A stretch of DNA of 63,141 bases, filler included, from Stramenopiles sp. TOSAG23-6 (taxonomy: Eukaryota), in NCBI GenBank assembly GCA_900128565.1. It is 10 parts of 10 records of this genome, joined end to end, with 100 filler letters (N's around TTAATTAATTAA, not from the genome) between each part and the next. Parts side by side here need not be neighbours in the genome. Positions count along the whole stretch, not along the records: positions 7,645 to 15,188 come from LT636553.1; positions 15,289 to 22,825 come from LT636554.1; 8 more parts are not named here. One strand, 5' to 3'. Below, piece after piece: positions 12,297-22,924 of the stretch. The position numbers were made by a program, and so were the translations under genes. The stretch's first letter is position 1; each line of letters starts with the position of its first letter. Below the pieces are notes generated by a model. That model saw nothing but the letters and a program-made list of their open reading frames with translations, made no database searches and had not been told where the DNA came from.

Positions 12297-14030
12297 ATGA
12301 CTCGGATGCAAGTACTTTATTCGTGGTTTCCTAGATCTGTTCGACATGTGCGACCTCTTGCAACACGCACGTGTATACGTACTACACCTCTTTCAACAAA
12401 ACATGTGTATAGATACACCCATAGCTATAATTCACCAAACCTTGACTTTGACGACTTTTTTAATGCCGATGAAAGTCAAGAGCAACCCAGCGAAACTGCT
12501 GCAGCTGATATAGATTCTATTGACTATACAAATATTAGAAAATACTTGCGTCGTTTGTTGATGCGGGTGCATCCAGATAAATTAAGAGGATATCCAAGTT
12601 CTGTTTTAAAAATGAATGAGCAGTCGCTTGCCGTACTGAACGACTTTGTTGACATTGCAGAGCAAATGTGTTGCAGTAAACAGACTGTTGTAAACGGTGT
12701 AGGGGCCCGAATACCAGCATCTTATAAGCTAAAGTTTTTCTATATTTGTCCAAACCAGGATAAAAGTGTGTTGGATGATAAAGAGAAGCCTTCGAAACTT
12801 CTTCAATGTAGAATACACCTTGTCGTTCCGTCGGATCTTCAAGCAGCTGGTGTAAGTCTTTCTTCTGAACAGATTTCCAACTGGCGTGAATTTGTTCATG
12901 AAGCAATTTGTAATCTACTTCATGCAGCTGAAATTGAATTAGATGAAGAACTTTCTCGTGTTGCTCCAAGTATTGTGTCATCAATTAACGCAGCTCGTCG
13001 GTCAAAATCTCGAAGTATTCAACGAAGAAAAGAAGCCGAAGAAGAAAAACAATTTGAAGAGTATGCTGACCGTAGACTTGCACAAGATAGAAATAACCGT
13101 GCTGTATTTGCATCAGATTTATCTCCTAGTGGACAAGATGAAGAACGTAAAAAGATCGCACTCGATATAATTTCAAGGACTTTTGGATCAGGGAAAAATA
13201 CTGCTAATTTATCTCAAAATATTATTGAACAATTAGGACAGCCGCTTACTACAGAAGAAGCTTCTCTTGGAAGAATGTATGTTTTATTTTTTTTTGTATG
13301 AATTTTTTTTTATAGTACATTTTGTACCTAACAAATTTAAGTTTTTTTTTTTGAAATATTTTTCCAAAATATTTTTTTTTTATAGTAAATTTTGTACCTA
13401 ACAAATTTTAATTTTTTTTTTTGAAATATTTTTCCAAAATACATGCGTTTGTTTAGTATTCTCAGTGATGAATACTCATTTAATCGCCTTGGACTAGAAA
13501 CGCCTATATGGAATGATGTACGAATCATTCTCGCTAGAAAATTTGGATTATTAAAAAAAAAAACGTGTATCGTTGTTCCATTCGACGTTTCAGAAGATGA
13601 ATTTTTTGATGTTTGTGATGTATATCTGAATAAATTACGACGAATTTCTGCAAAGCGTAGAAAAATAGAGTTGCAAAATAATCTCTGTGCTGTCGATGAT
13701 GATAATAGTGAGAAGTGTGATGATAATTCCTCGGTTGGATTTTCTACCACTGAACAAAAAGAAAAACAAGAAAAACAAGAAAAACAAGAAAAACAAGAAA
13801 AACTAGAGTTTAGAATTGATGCGACTGATGGTATGGTATATACACTACAAGATTTTATTACATATTATGGTACTATAGAAGGAAGAGAGCAGTGGAAAAA
13901 ATCTAAAATTGTCAATGATTGTATAGATAATACTATAGATAAGGAAGAATATACAAAATTTTCAAATGAAATGCATTCGACGCAAAAATTACTTGACGCT
14001 TTGAAAGAGAATAAAAATCACTTGTTGTAA
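12297..14030 (+). CDS. DUF4460/TCAIM-like putative mitochondrial protein; exons 12297-13276 and 13445-14030
   Basis: R-rich presequence, LRRLLMRVHPD..NEQSLAVLN motif; frame joined by intron 13277-13444. Confidence 0.65.
13277..13444 (+). mobile_element. Family intron (GT..AT) with internal duplication of the core
   Basis: AGA AT|GTATGT...TACCTAAC (x2)...CAAAATACAT|G CGT; an in-frame AG further downstream also exists, so this copy is not diagnostic. Confidence 0.65.
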
Positions 14031-14281
14031 GACTTCTTTTAGTATTCAGAAATAATTCAATTTTTTGTATTGTTATTTTATAATTTAATAAAAATATGTA
14101 CAGCGTTAAATTATAAAACTAAGTCTTACCTATAGTTCTTGCATACTTATTAATCCTAACCCTAACCCTAATCATACCCTTCAACTTGAACATTCCAACG
14201 TGGCGAATTAGCAATGTTTTACATATTTTTGAAAATATGTGACCCTCCTGTGAAGCTACATAATGGGGTAGCTCCGACGTA

Positions 14282-15188
14282 TTAATCATCTGCTTGTGCA
14301 GCACCATGATCGGTGAGTAGTTGAACTACTTCTGCTGATGAAGCAACATCCAATGGGGTTTGTCCGCCGTTGTTAGCCTGATTGACATCAGCACCATTCT
14401 CAAGAAGTAGTTTAACTACCCCAACACGACCTTTATATGAAGCAGCATGCAATGGGGTGAATCCATCTTTCATAGCCTGATTGACATCAGCACCAGCATC
14501 AAGTAATATTTGAACTACTCCTGCATGACCATTATTTGAAGCAATATGTAATGGGGTAGCTCCGTATCTCTCAACCTGATTGACATTTGCATCAGCAGCA
14601 ATGAGTTTTTCAACTACTCCAACATGACCATTTGATGAAGCAATATACAATGGTGTAAATCCGCCTTTTTTAGCCTTATTGACCTTTGCTTTAGCTTTGA
14701 GAAGTTTTGCAACTACTTCCACATGACCTCTCTGTGAAGCAGTAAACAATGGGGTAACTCCGTTTTTATTAACCAGATTGACATCAGCACCATTCTCAAG
14801 AAGTACTTCAACTACTTTTGGATGACCATTCGCTGAAGCAATCCACAATGGGGTTCTTCCAAAATCGTCCACAGCATTGACAAGGATTACCTCTGTATCA
14901 AGGAGGACTTTAACTACTTCAACATGACCTCTCTGTGAAGCAAGATACAATGGGGTATATCCGTCATTTGTTGCCTTATTGACATCAGCACCAGCAGTAA
15001 TGAGTTTTTCAACTACTCCAGCATGACCATTTGCTGAAGCAATCCACAATGGGGTTCTTCCAAAATCGTCCACAGCATTGACAAGGATTACCTCTGTATC
15101 AAGGAGGACTTTAACTACTTCAACATGACCTCTCTGTGAAGCAAGATACAATGGGGTATATCCGTCATTTGTTGCCTTATTGACATCA
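14282..15188 (-). CDS. Ankyrin-repeat protein (5' truncated)
   Basis: Many TPLxxAS.xGH repeats; near-identical 201-nt tandem duplication. Confidence 0.9.
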
Positions 15189-15288
15189 NNNNNNNNNNNN
15201 NNNNNNNNNNNNNNNNNNNNNNNNNNNNNNNNTTAATTAATTAANNNNNNNNNNNNNNNNNNNNNNNNNNNNNNNNNNNNNNNNNNNN

Positions 15289-16400
15289 TCAGCTATTGCA
15301 GTCACTAACTCTCCTTTGTCATCAAGTGTAGCATGTACTGTGATGAAACTCGCCAAGAAATCTTTTAGATTGTACGAATGAATTCTCCAATAAAGCGAGT
15401 GCCTTTCCGAATTTATTTGTCCTGTAGTAACATTGCGCTAAATTATTAGCCAAAACTAAGGAAAATTCAGGTGTTGTGAAAAAATATTTTGAGAAAAAAA
15501 AATCGTCAAAGAGGAATTTTCTATAAAAAAAATAAATTTGAAAATTGTTATGAAAATGTACAGTATCTGTAGTTTTTGCAAACAATTTTTCAAAGACCTC
15601 TGTCGCTTTTTCAAGCTCATCAAGTCGCACGTATTGTGAAAAATATTTTTTTTTAAATTCGTTAGGTACAAAATTTTCATAGCAAAGATAATAAATTAAA
15701 AATTAAAGCGGACAGCATACAAATACAAACATCCAATTGTACTGAGTACAGAATCATCAATGGGTTCAGTTAGATCTATATTTTTTGCAACTTCAGATGC
15801 GCGTTCGTATAAATTCAAATCCATCAGTACTAGAATTTTACGTTGCAGACACTGGAGCATATTTGTTTTATGAGATTTATTTGGAAAATTTGTGTAAAAT
15901 TCGTGCGCTTGTTCCAACAAAGGTAAAGCCTCCTCGGAGGAACCTAATTGATAAAGAGCTCCTGCTACATCCGTTGCAGCACTCGCAATACAACTTTCGG
16001 GTCCTCCTTCGGTTTCGTATATAGTAACGATGGATGGGTATTTAGCTCTATCAGGGTTATTAGGTTCGGAGACCATTGTATAGTATTCTTGTGCTAGCTT
16101 AAGATTGAGATGGCCTGTGTACCTCTGGTGACAAATAGTGCAACGCGTCCACATACTAGCATTATATTTTGCTGCCTCAAGAATACACGAGATGTGGACA
16201 AATCCCGAACTTCCACGGCATGCACAGCCTCTATCTAGTTTTCCCCCGTTGCTACCCTCGTGACAAATGTAACACGAAGCATCTGTATTTTTTGCATCAA
16301 CAGAATTACGAGTATTTTCCATTTCTATATCCTCTTTCCTCAACTGTAAGTCATCATTTTCAGCTTCCGGTTTCAATTTGCTTTCACACTTGACTGTCAT
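15289..16400 (-). CDS. RING-variant (RING-CH) plus TPR protein, 3' truncated; introns 15629-15720 and 15469-15561
   Basis: CYICHE..RGCACRGSSGFVHISC..CTIC, followed by TPR-like helices. Confidence 0.8.
15469..15561 (-). mobile_element. Family intron (GT..CT)
   Basis: GAT ACT|GTACAT...TTTGAC...AAATATTTTTTCACAACACCT|GAA TTT; CT duplicated at both ends; 93 nt, in frame without a stop. Confidence 0.6.
15629..15720 (-). mobile_element. Family intron (GT..GT)
   Basis: TAT TT|GTATGC...TACCTAAC...CACAATACGT|G CGA CTT restores the TPR frame LYLRLDELEKA. Confidence 0.7.
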
Positions 16401-16707
16401 TTTTTAATAAATATAGTTAGTCTTGAATAATCTCAAAATCGATGTATTGCATATACATCCTTACGTATGACAACTGTAGACTGCTGCAGCCTGCATGAGT
16501 CATGACAGTGTACTATCTTGACACGTGGTTCGCAACCGTTTAAACTGGCGACCGTTAAAAAAGAATTTTGCCTATAGCTAGTATTCCATATGAATAACTA
16601 TAAGAACAAAAATAGTACAATCTTGTGCGTACGACTTGCCTATCTAGCAAAGAGTCTTCTTTTTGCACACGCACACGTAGAGTACCAAATAGTAAGCTGA
16701 ACTTGAA

Positions 16708-19010
16708 ATGTCTGGGTGTGTTACAAAGAGCTCTAGTGCGTCTACGAAACTCCAAATTTCACCTTGTAAGCGAGAAATTCGTGCTAAACGTATATTTCAT
16801 CTTCTGCAGTATAAAACAACAGGAAAATCAAAGACTTTGCTTAATAAAGAAGATATACATTCCCTAGTGACTCAAATGGGTCGTAATCCAAGAAAGAGGA
16901 AAAGAACAAAAATTTTGAGGAGCAAGAATAATATTGACACTTTATTTTCCAACATTGGGGAAAGAAATAAAATTGGTGTGACTTTTCCAGAGTTTTTTGA
17001 GTGGTTCACTCGGGAATATCCAACTTGTATAAACGACATTAAGAAACACATTCGCTTTCTTTTCGATGGTTTGGACAGAGAACATATAGGAACGTTATCT
17101 AGAGAAGATATCCAAAAATTAACAAAAAAGATAGTAATAAATATGAAGACGATTTTTAGTGGAAAAGAAAAGTTTAAGCTTGAACTACAAGATAAGAATA
17201 AGAAGTTATGTTATGACAATGACAGTCGCGTTTCATTTCATGTTTTTTTCACTTGGTTTGAAAAAACTATTCTTGAGCAAGTTTTATCTGGAAAATTACA
17301 AAATCGTGAGTTTGGAGAAATATTCATTGCTTCTGCCACTTCAAAAGCAAAAGAAGTTGATGAAAAATTAAAATTGAAGATGGAAAAACACCGAAATAAT
17401 AGTGCTACTATAATCCAGTCTATGGCGAGAAAACGCTCACGAAAAATCATGGTTGAAAAACGAAAAAGACGCTTGATATTGGAAGCAGCTCAAAAGCATA
17501 GATTAGAAATTCAGCGTCGTATACGTGGATTTGTTGTGTTACAGTCATTATTTAGAGGTATTAATGCAAGGAAACAGTATACACTCTTAGCTGAGGAGCA
17601 TAAGAGACATAAGAGAAAACAGCTGATTGTGTTACAGTCATTATTTAGAGGCATCAATGCAAGGAAACAGTATAAACTCTTAGCTGAGGAGCATAAGAGA
17701 CAACAGCTGATGAAATATAAAAAAGCGCAAAAAGAAAAATGTCTTAGACTCAAGCAAAGAAAGGCTGCTATACAATATTTAAAAGTACAAAAATCAAAGT
17801 CAAAGGCTGCTATAAAATTACAATCAAAGTCAAAGGCTGCTATAAAATTACAATCATTCTGTAGAAGTATTTTTGCTCGAAAGCATAAAAATGCAGCTCT
17901 AAAGATACAATCATTATTTAGAGGTACTTACGCTCGGAAGCGGAATGCATTATTAGCTATATTGAAATACTCAAATGGTTTAAATTCTATTCATGAAAAG
18001 GATGAGTACATGAAATTATTATTGGGTGTCAATACATTCAACAAAATAGAAAAAGATTTTGTACAAAAACTTGAAAAAAGTAGAAAAACAAAAACAAACA
18101 CAATAAAAATAAGTCAATTGTGCAAAGATTTTAAAACTATCCAGGATCGTAATAAATCAATAAAGACAAGCATGTTTGATTCTTCGATAATGAATCAGTC
18201 TAAGGAAGACTTTCGCGTATCATTAAATATGTTGTGTAAAAATTATAAGACTAGTCCTTTGAAACAAAAAAGTTTATTGGTTCTTGCAATTTCAAAATGC
18301 CTGGCGAAGTGTAGATATGAAAAGGCTCATTCTGTTTCACGACGGCTTTACATAGAAGCAGACGCAAAACAATCACGGCTCGAAGAATCTAAAAGAATTG
18401 AAGATAAATTACACAAATTACGATGTATGGCTGCACATCCAAAGACTTCTCCTAAATCTAGAAAGATTCTTGAACAAATTGAACAAAGGGAAGGAAGTTC
18501 GACTCGCAAAATTAGTCCTTTTGGTCATCGATTACATCAGCATGGTGAGCAACGATCCCTTGCTATAGCTGCTAAAAGGCAGAAAATATTAGATCAATAT
18601 GAAGTAAAAATGGCAGAAGTTTGTACATGTATGTTGTATTTAAATTTATTTTTTTTCAATTTCAAAAAAAATATTCATTATTTTTAGAAAATTTTGTGCC
18701 TAACAAAAAAATTAAATTTGACATATTTTCTCAAAATATATTTAGTCCAAAAACAAATCATACAATAAAACGCGAGAAAGCCAAGCTTTGTAAAAACACA
18801 AATAGAACGAAACAAAATGGTATAAGTCACAAAGAAAAGCAACATTGGTCAGAACGCCTATCACCCTCACAAGAAAGTATTGGAATATTACTAGATAAAC
18901 GTGCAGAAGATGCACGTCAAATTCAAATGAAATCTTGTACATTTCAACCAGATATCTCAAAGTCAATGGAATCTCTAAAAAATAACAGATATTTAAATTT
19001 TTCAAAATAA
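16708..19010 (+). CDS. EF-hand plus multiple IQ-motif protein; intron 18629-18741
   Basis: Degenerate EF-hands, repeated LQSLFRG.NARK IQ motifs, CTFxP repeats. Confidence 0.75.
18629..18741 (+). mobile_element. Family intron (GT..AT)
   Basis: ACA T|GTATGT...GCCTAAC...CAAAATATAT|TT AGT CCA gives CTFSPK, matching the later CTFQPD repeat; the nearby AG gives a stop within a few codons. Confidence 0.75.
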
Positions 19011-19045
19011 ACATTTTTTTCAAAATAATCAAATGATCTCTGTTT

Positions 19046-19107
19046 GTCTCTCTATCTGTCTCTCTATCTGTCTCTCTATCTGTCTCTCTATCTGTCTCTC
19101 TATCTCT
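19046..19107 (+). repeat. (GTCTCTCTATCT)n minisatellite
   Basis: About five tandem 12-mers. Confidence 0.9.
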
Positions 19108-19148
19108 GATTAGAAAATATTTGTGAGATTCTTCGACATTCAAACTTA

Positions 19149-19220
19149 ACCGCGGTGGTGTAGTGGTAATCATATTCGCTTCCCAAGCGAATGCCCCGGG
19201 TTCGATTCCCGGTCGTGGTA
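19149..19220 (+). tRNA. tRNA-Gly(CCC)
   Basis: Cloverleaf: acceptor ACCGCGG/TCGTGGT, D-loop AGTGGT, anticodon arm TTCGC-TTCCCAA-GCGAA, T-arm CCGGG-TTCGATT-CCCGG. Confidence 0.9.
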
Positions 19221-19332
19221 GATTTTAATCTAAACATTTTCCCCGGGTTCGATTCCCGGCCGTGGTACTTTCTGTTACATACATTTTCTTTAAACAAAAT
19301 TTTTCAACGATTTTTATAATATTATGTTCGAT

Positions 19333-20604
19333 TTAATTTAAAAGTCTTTTTTGTGAAATATCTGGTGAAACAGCTTCTTCTGAGAAGATACTCAAACTTG
19401 CAGCTCTCATACCAAATTCAACACTCTCATACAATTTATTACCATTTGCAAGCATATAAACAGTTGCACCAGCTAAAGTATCACCTGCACCCGTACAATT
19501 AACTATATCTTTCGCAATAGTTTGTGGAGATATTTTATGTACTTTCAAAACTTCATTCGTGACAGAATCAAGTATTGTGAAAAAATATTTAAAAAAAAAT
19601 CGTTAGGTACGAAATTTCGTATGAAAAACAAAAAAAGTTAAAAATTAAGGTGAAAAAAATCAAGGGTTAAAACGTACAATAGTTGGTTTTGCTGATACTA
19701 TAAAAACTCCTTTTGATCCTCTTGTCACTATAATATGTTTGAATTTTGCTTTACCTTCTCCTACTTTCATATTTTTTATGACTGTAGCTGCTAAATTAAT
19801 AATGTCGTCTTCAGTGACATTTTTGTAATCTGTTTTTGCATCAATATCGCGATTATGAATTGCATCCACAATGGAACATATATTATGAAAAAGTATTTTA
19901 GAAATTTGATTTGTTTGTTAGATACTATATGTACTACAAAACAAAATTGAAATGAATGATAAAAGCATACACATGTATTTTGGAAAAATATTTCAAAAAA
20001 AAAACTGAAATTTGTTAGGTACAAAATTTCGTACGAAAAAAATATTTAGACAAAAAATTGAAAAAAAAAACATACAATTCTTCAACATTAGGAGATAAGT
20101 ATGTAAGTTGTCGACAAGACAATAACCCATTAGACACTGCAAATATTGTGAAAAATATTTTTTTTTTTTTGGATAATAAAAAAAATCATTAGATGCAAAA
20201 TGTACTACGAAACAAAAAACAAAAACATAACAAAACATTTTGAAAACGCACACGGTGTGCCTTTGGTACAGATGTAGATTCAAACCAAATCAAAGGTTTA
20301 TTTCCCATATTTCCCATATTTCGAATATCCGATTTTGTTTTATCAGATTTTGTTTTATCAGATTCGTCTTCAACACAAATTGTGAATAATTCTTGCATCG
20401 TATTTCTTGATAAATTTCCATCTAAAACGACAATGTATATTGAAAAATATTTCAAAATATTTTTTAATTTGTTATGAGTCAAATTTTCATAGTAAAAACA
20501 AAAAAAAATAAAATTGAAAATAATGGAAAACGTATATACTAGATGCTTTAATGGAAGATTCAAACGATCTGATGTCTGAACTGCTCAACGTTTCTAGGAC
20601 CTGC
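19333..20604 (-). CDS. PfkB-family kinase (pseudouridine-kinase-like), C-terminal part; introns 20433-20535, 20141-20251, 19973-20075, 19878-19970, 19570-19677
   Basis: Spliced product: IVVLDGNL..WFESTSVPKAHR..YLSPNVEEL..IIVTRGSKGV..IVNCTGAGDTLAG. Confidence 0.8.
19570..19677 (-). mobile_element. Family intron (GT..TT)
   Basis: ACT ATT|GTACGT...TACCTAAC...CACAATACTT|GAT TCT; TT duplicated at both ends. Confidence 0.7.
19878..20075 (-). mobile_element. Two tandem family introns (19973-20075 and 19878-19970) separated by a 2-nt exon at 19971-19972
   Basis: GAA TT|GTATGT..ACAT|GT|GTATGC..ATAT|GT TCC gives PNVEELCS; each intron has its own CTAAC. Confidence 0.7.
20433..20535 (-). mobile_element. 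Family intron (AT..AT)
   Basis: AGT AT|ATACGT...ATACAT|T GTC GTT TTA GAT GGA AAT gives SIVVLDGNL. Confidence 0.7.
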
Positions 20605-20704
20605 ATGTATTTTGGAAAAATATTTCAAAAAAAAAAAACTGAAATTTGTTAGGTACAAAATTTTTATAAAAAAAAAATTCATACAAAAAAAAAATAAAAC
20701 ATAC

Positions 20705-22596
20705 ATGGATACTAGTTTTTCTCTTTTAATTGATTTTGGCCAAACAAGAGATACAATTTGAACAACAATTTTTGCCATGACACGTGGCATTACAGTATTC
20801 GTTTTTCGTGTAAAGGTAGGAATTCCAATAGACGCTAACCCTAGAGATTGTTCAGGTATTGGTTCGTTACCAGGTACAACATTATCCATTGCAGTGTGTA
20901 TTGTGAAAAAATATTTAAAAAAAAATCTAAAAAAATCNTNAGNTACAAANTTNGTACGAAAAAAAAAATTTACTCAAAAAAAAAAAAATATTTGAAATGT
21001 ATCATTGAAACAAACAGTACAAGCTGAAATAAATAATGATAATGCGGAAGAAATATCATCCCAATAAAATGAAAGAATACTTCGGATCGTTTTCATTTTT
21101 TCATGTTTTTCATGTTTTTCATGTTTTTCGTTTGTTTTGTGTTTTTCGTGTGTTTCCTTTTTTTCGTTCTCGACACAAACCTGTTGAATAGGTAGAGAAA
21201 GTTGTGTAGTGCCTCCAGTGGTATATACAACTGACTTTATAACATTATACAAACAGTCAAGTGCAAATTTAGCTTGAATTGTAAATGGTTCCCGGGTCCC
21301 TCGAAGTAAAGGCAGGATGTATTTTAAAAAAATATTTCAAAATTTACTAAAAAAATTTTTTTTGTTAGATACAAAAATTTCAAAAAAAAAAAAAAACTTT
21401 TTTGTTTTTTTGTTTTTTTGTTTTCTATGAAAATTTTGTATAAAAAAATAAAACATATATAATATTTTGCATCGCAAAATCAAATTTATATTTTGCAATG
21501 ACAACAACAAATGCAATACAAGGTGGTACATCTTCATTTTTACTCATATCTTTCGAATTTTTTGATAAAAAAGAATTATATGTATATGAATACGGATTAT
21601 CGACATTAGGGTTAGGGTTTGTCGAATACATTTCAACATCAAAAACGTCAAAAAAATTACAAACATCAATCCAATAAGTAGGGTTAGGGTTTTTAAAGTT
21701 TTTAAGGTTTTTAAGATTTTGGTTCACATCTATGATATTGTTCAAAAGTATACTTGTTGGAATATTTTTGAAATTATCAAAATGAATATTATCTAAAAAA
21801 TTAGACAATAGATTAAATGTAGAAGGAAGATATTGTGAAAAAATATTTTTTTTGTTTTTTGTTAGGTACAAAATTTCGTACGAAAAAACAAAAATGAAAA
21901 AAAAATATTTTTTTTTGATTTTTTTTTGTTAGGTACAAAATTTCGTACGAAAACCAAAAAAAAAAAATTAGGCAAAAAATATAATGAAAACGTACACAAT
22001 CACTGTTTTACTCAAATGTCTGCTTTTATCTTTTATTTCCTTGGATGTGGCTCGAGAAAGTAATACAGAATTTTGTACTATCGGACAATATTTCAAATTG
22101 TTTTTTTTAAATTAGGCTTACGTACGAAATTTCGTATGAAAAAAGTTTGAAATTTTGAAATTTTTTTTTTTTTCAAAAAAAAAAATGATGTATAATTTCA
22201 AAACAATTTCATTTTGAAAAAAAAAAAATTGTAAGAAAATTTTCATAGAAAACATAATTTGAAAACAATTTTAACTTTTGAAATGTTAGATGATTCTAAA
22301 AATACATATATATATATATTGAATATATATATTGAATATATATATTGAATATATATATTGAAATGTATGCAATCATGATAATAGAAACAAAACGTACAAC
22401 TATTGGTTGCAAAATTTTTAACACAGTCTGCCCAGGATTAGGGTTAGGGTTAGTAATGCATTTTGAAAATCGAATCAACATTTCTGAAATTAAAGTTGTT
22501 ATACAAGTTAGTGTTACTTCTCGATACTTCATATGTTTTTTATATACATTAAGAAGTGGTTTTATTATTGTTGATAGAGACGTTGTCCAGCCATCC
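20705..22596 (-). CDS. Fragmented multi-exon hypothetical gene with family introns (20605-20704, 21317-21458 AT..AT, 21828-21995 GT..CT, others); may be mis-joined to the PfkB gene
   Basis: Open exon frames join across 21317-21458 and 21828-21995; no recognisable domain. Confidence 0.45.
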
Positions 22597-22653
22597 TATA
22601 GAATTTAAAAAAAAGTCCAAAAAAAAATAGGGTTAGGTATAAAATTTTCTATG

Positions 22654-22688
<35 letters not shown>

Positions 22689-22924
22689 TTTAAAAATTTT
22701 TAAAAAAAAAAAAAAATTTTTTTTTTTTAGGTAAAAAATTTTATAAAAAAAAAAATTAAACAAAAAATTAAAAAAAAAAAAAAAAAAAAAAAAAGTTTTT
22801 TTTTGTTAGGTACAATATTTACTATNNNNNNNNNNNNNNNNNNNNNNNNNNNNNNNNNNNNNNNNNNNNTTAATTAATTAANNNNNNNNNNNNNNNNNNN
22901 NNNNNNNNNNNNNNNNNNNNNNNN

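Noticed and set aside
20605-20889. PfkB kinase fused to an unrelated upstream region
   Set aside because: Upstream exons lack PfkB motifs and the join runs through a near-identical repeat intron; possible mis-assembly
20894-21020. Intron apparently ending GT..AC
   Set aside because: Contains Ns and may join two different copies; boundary unresolved
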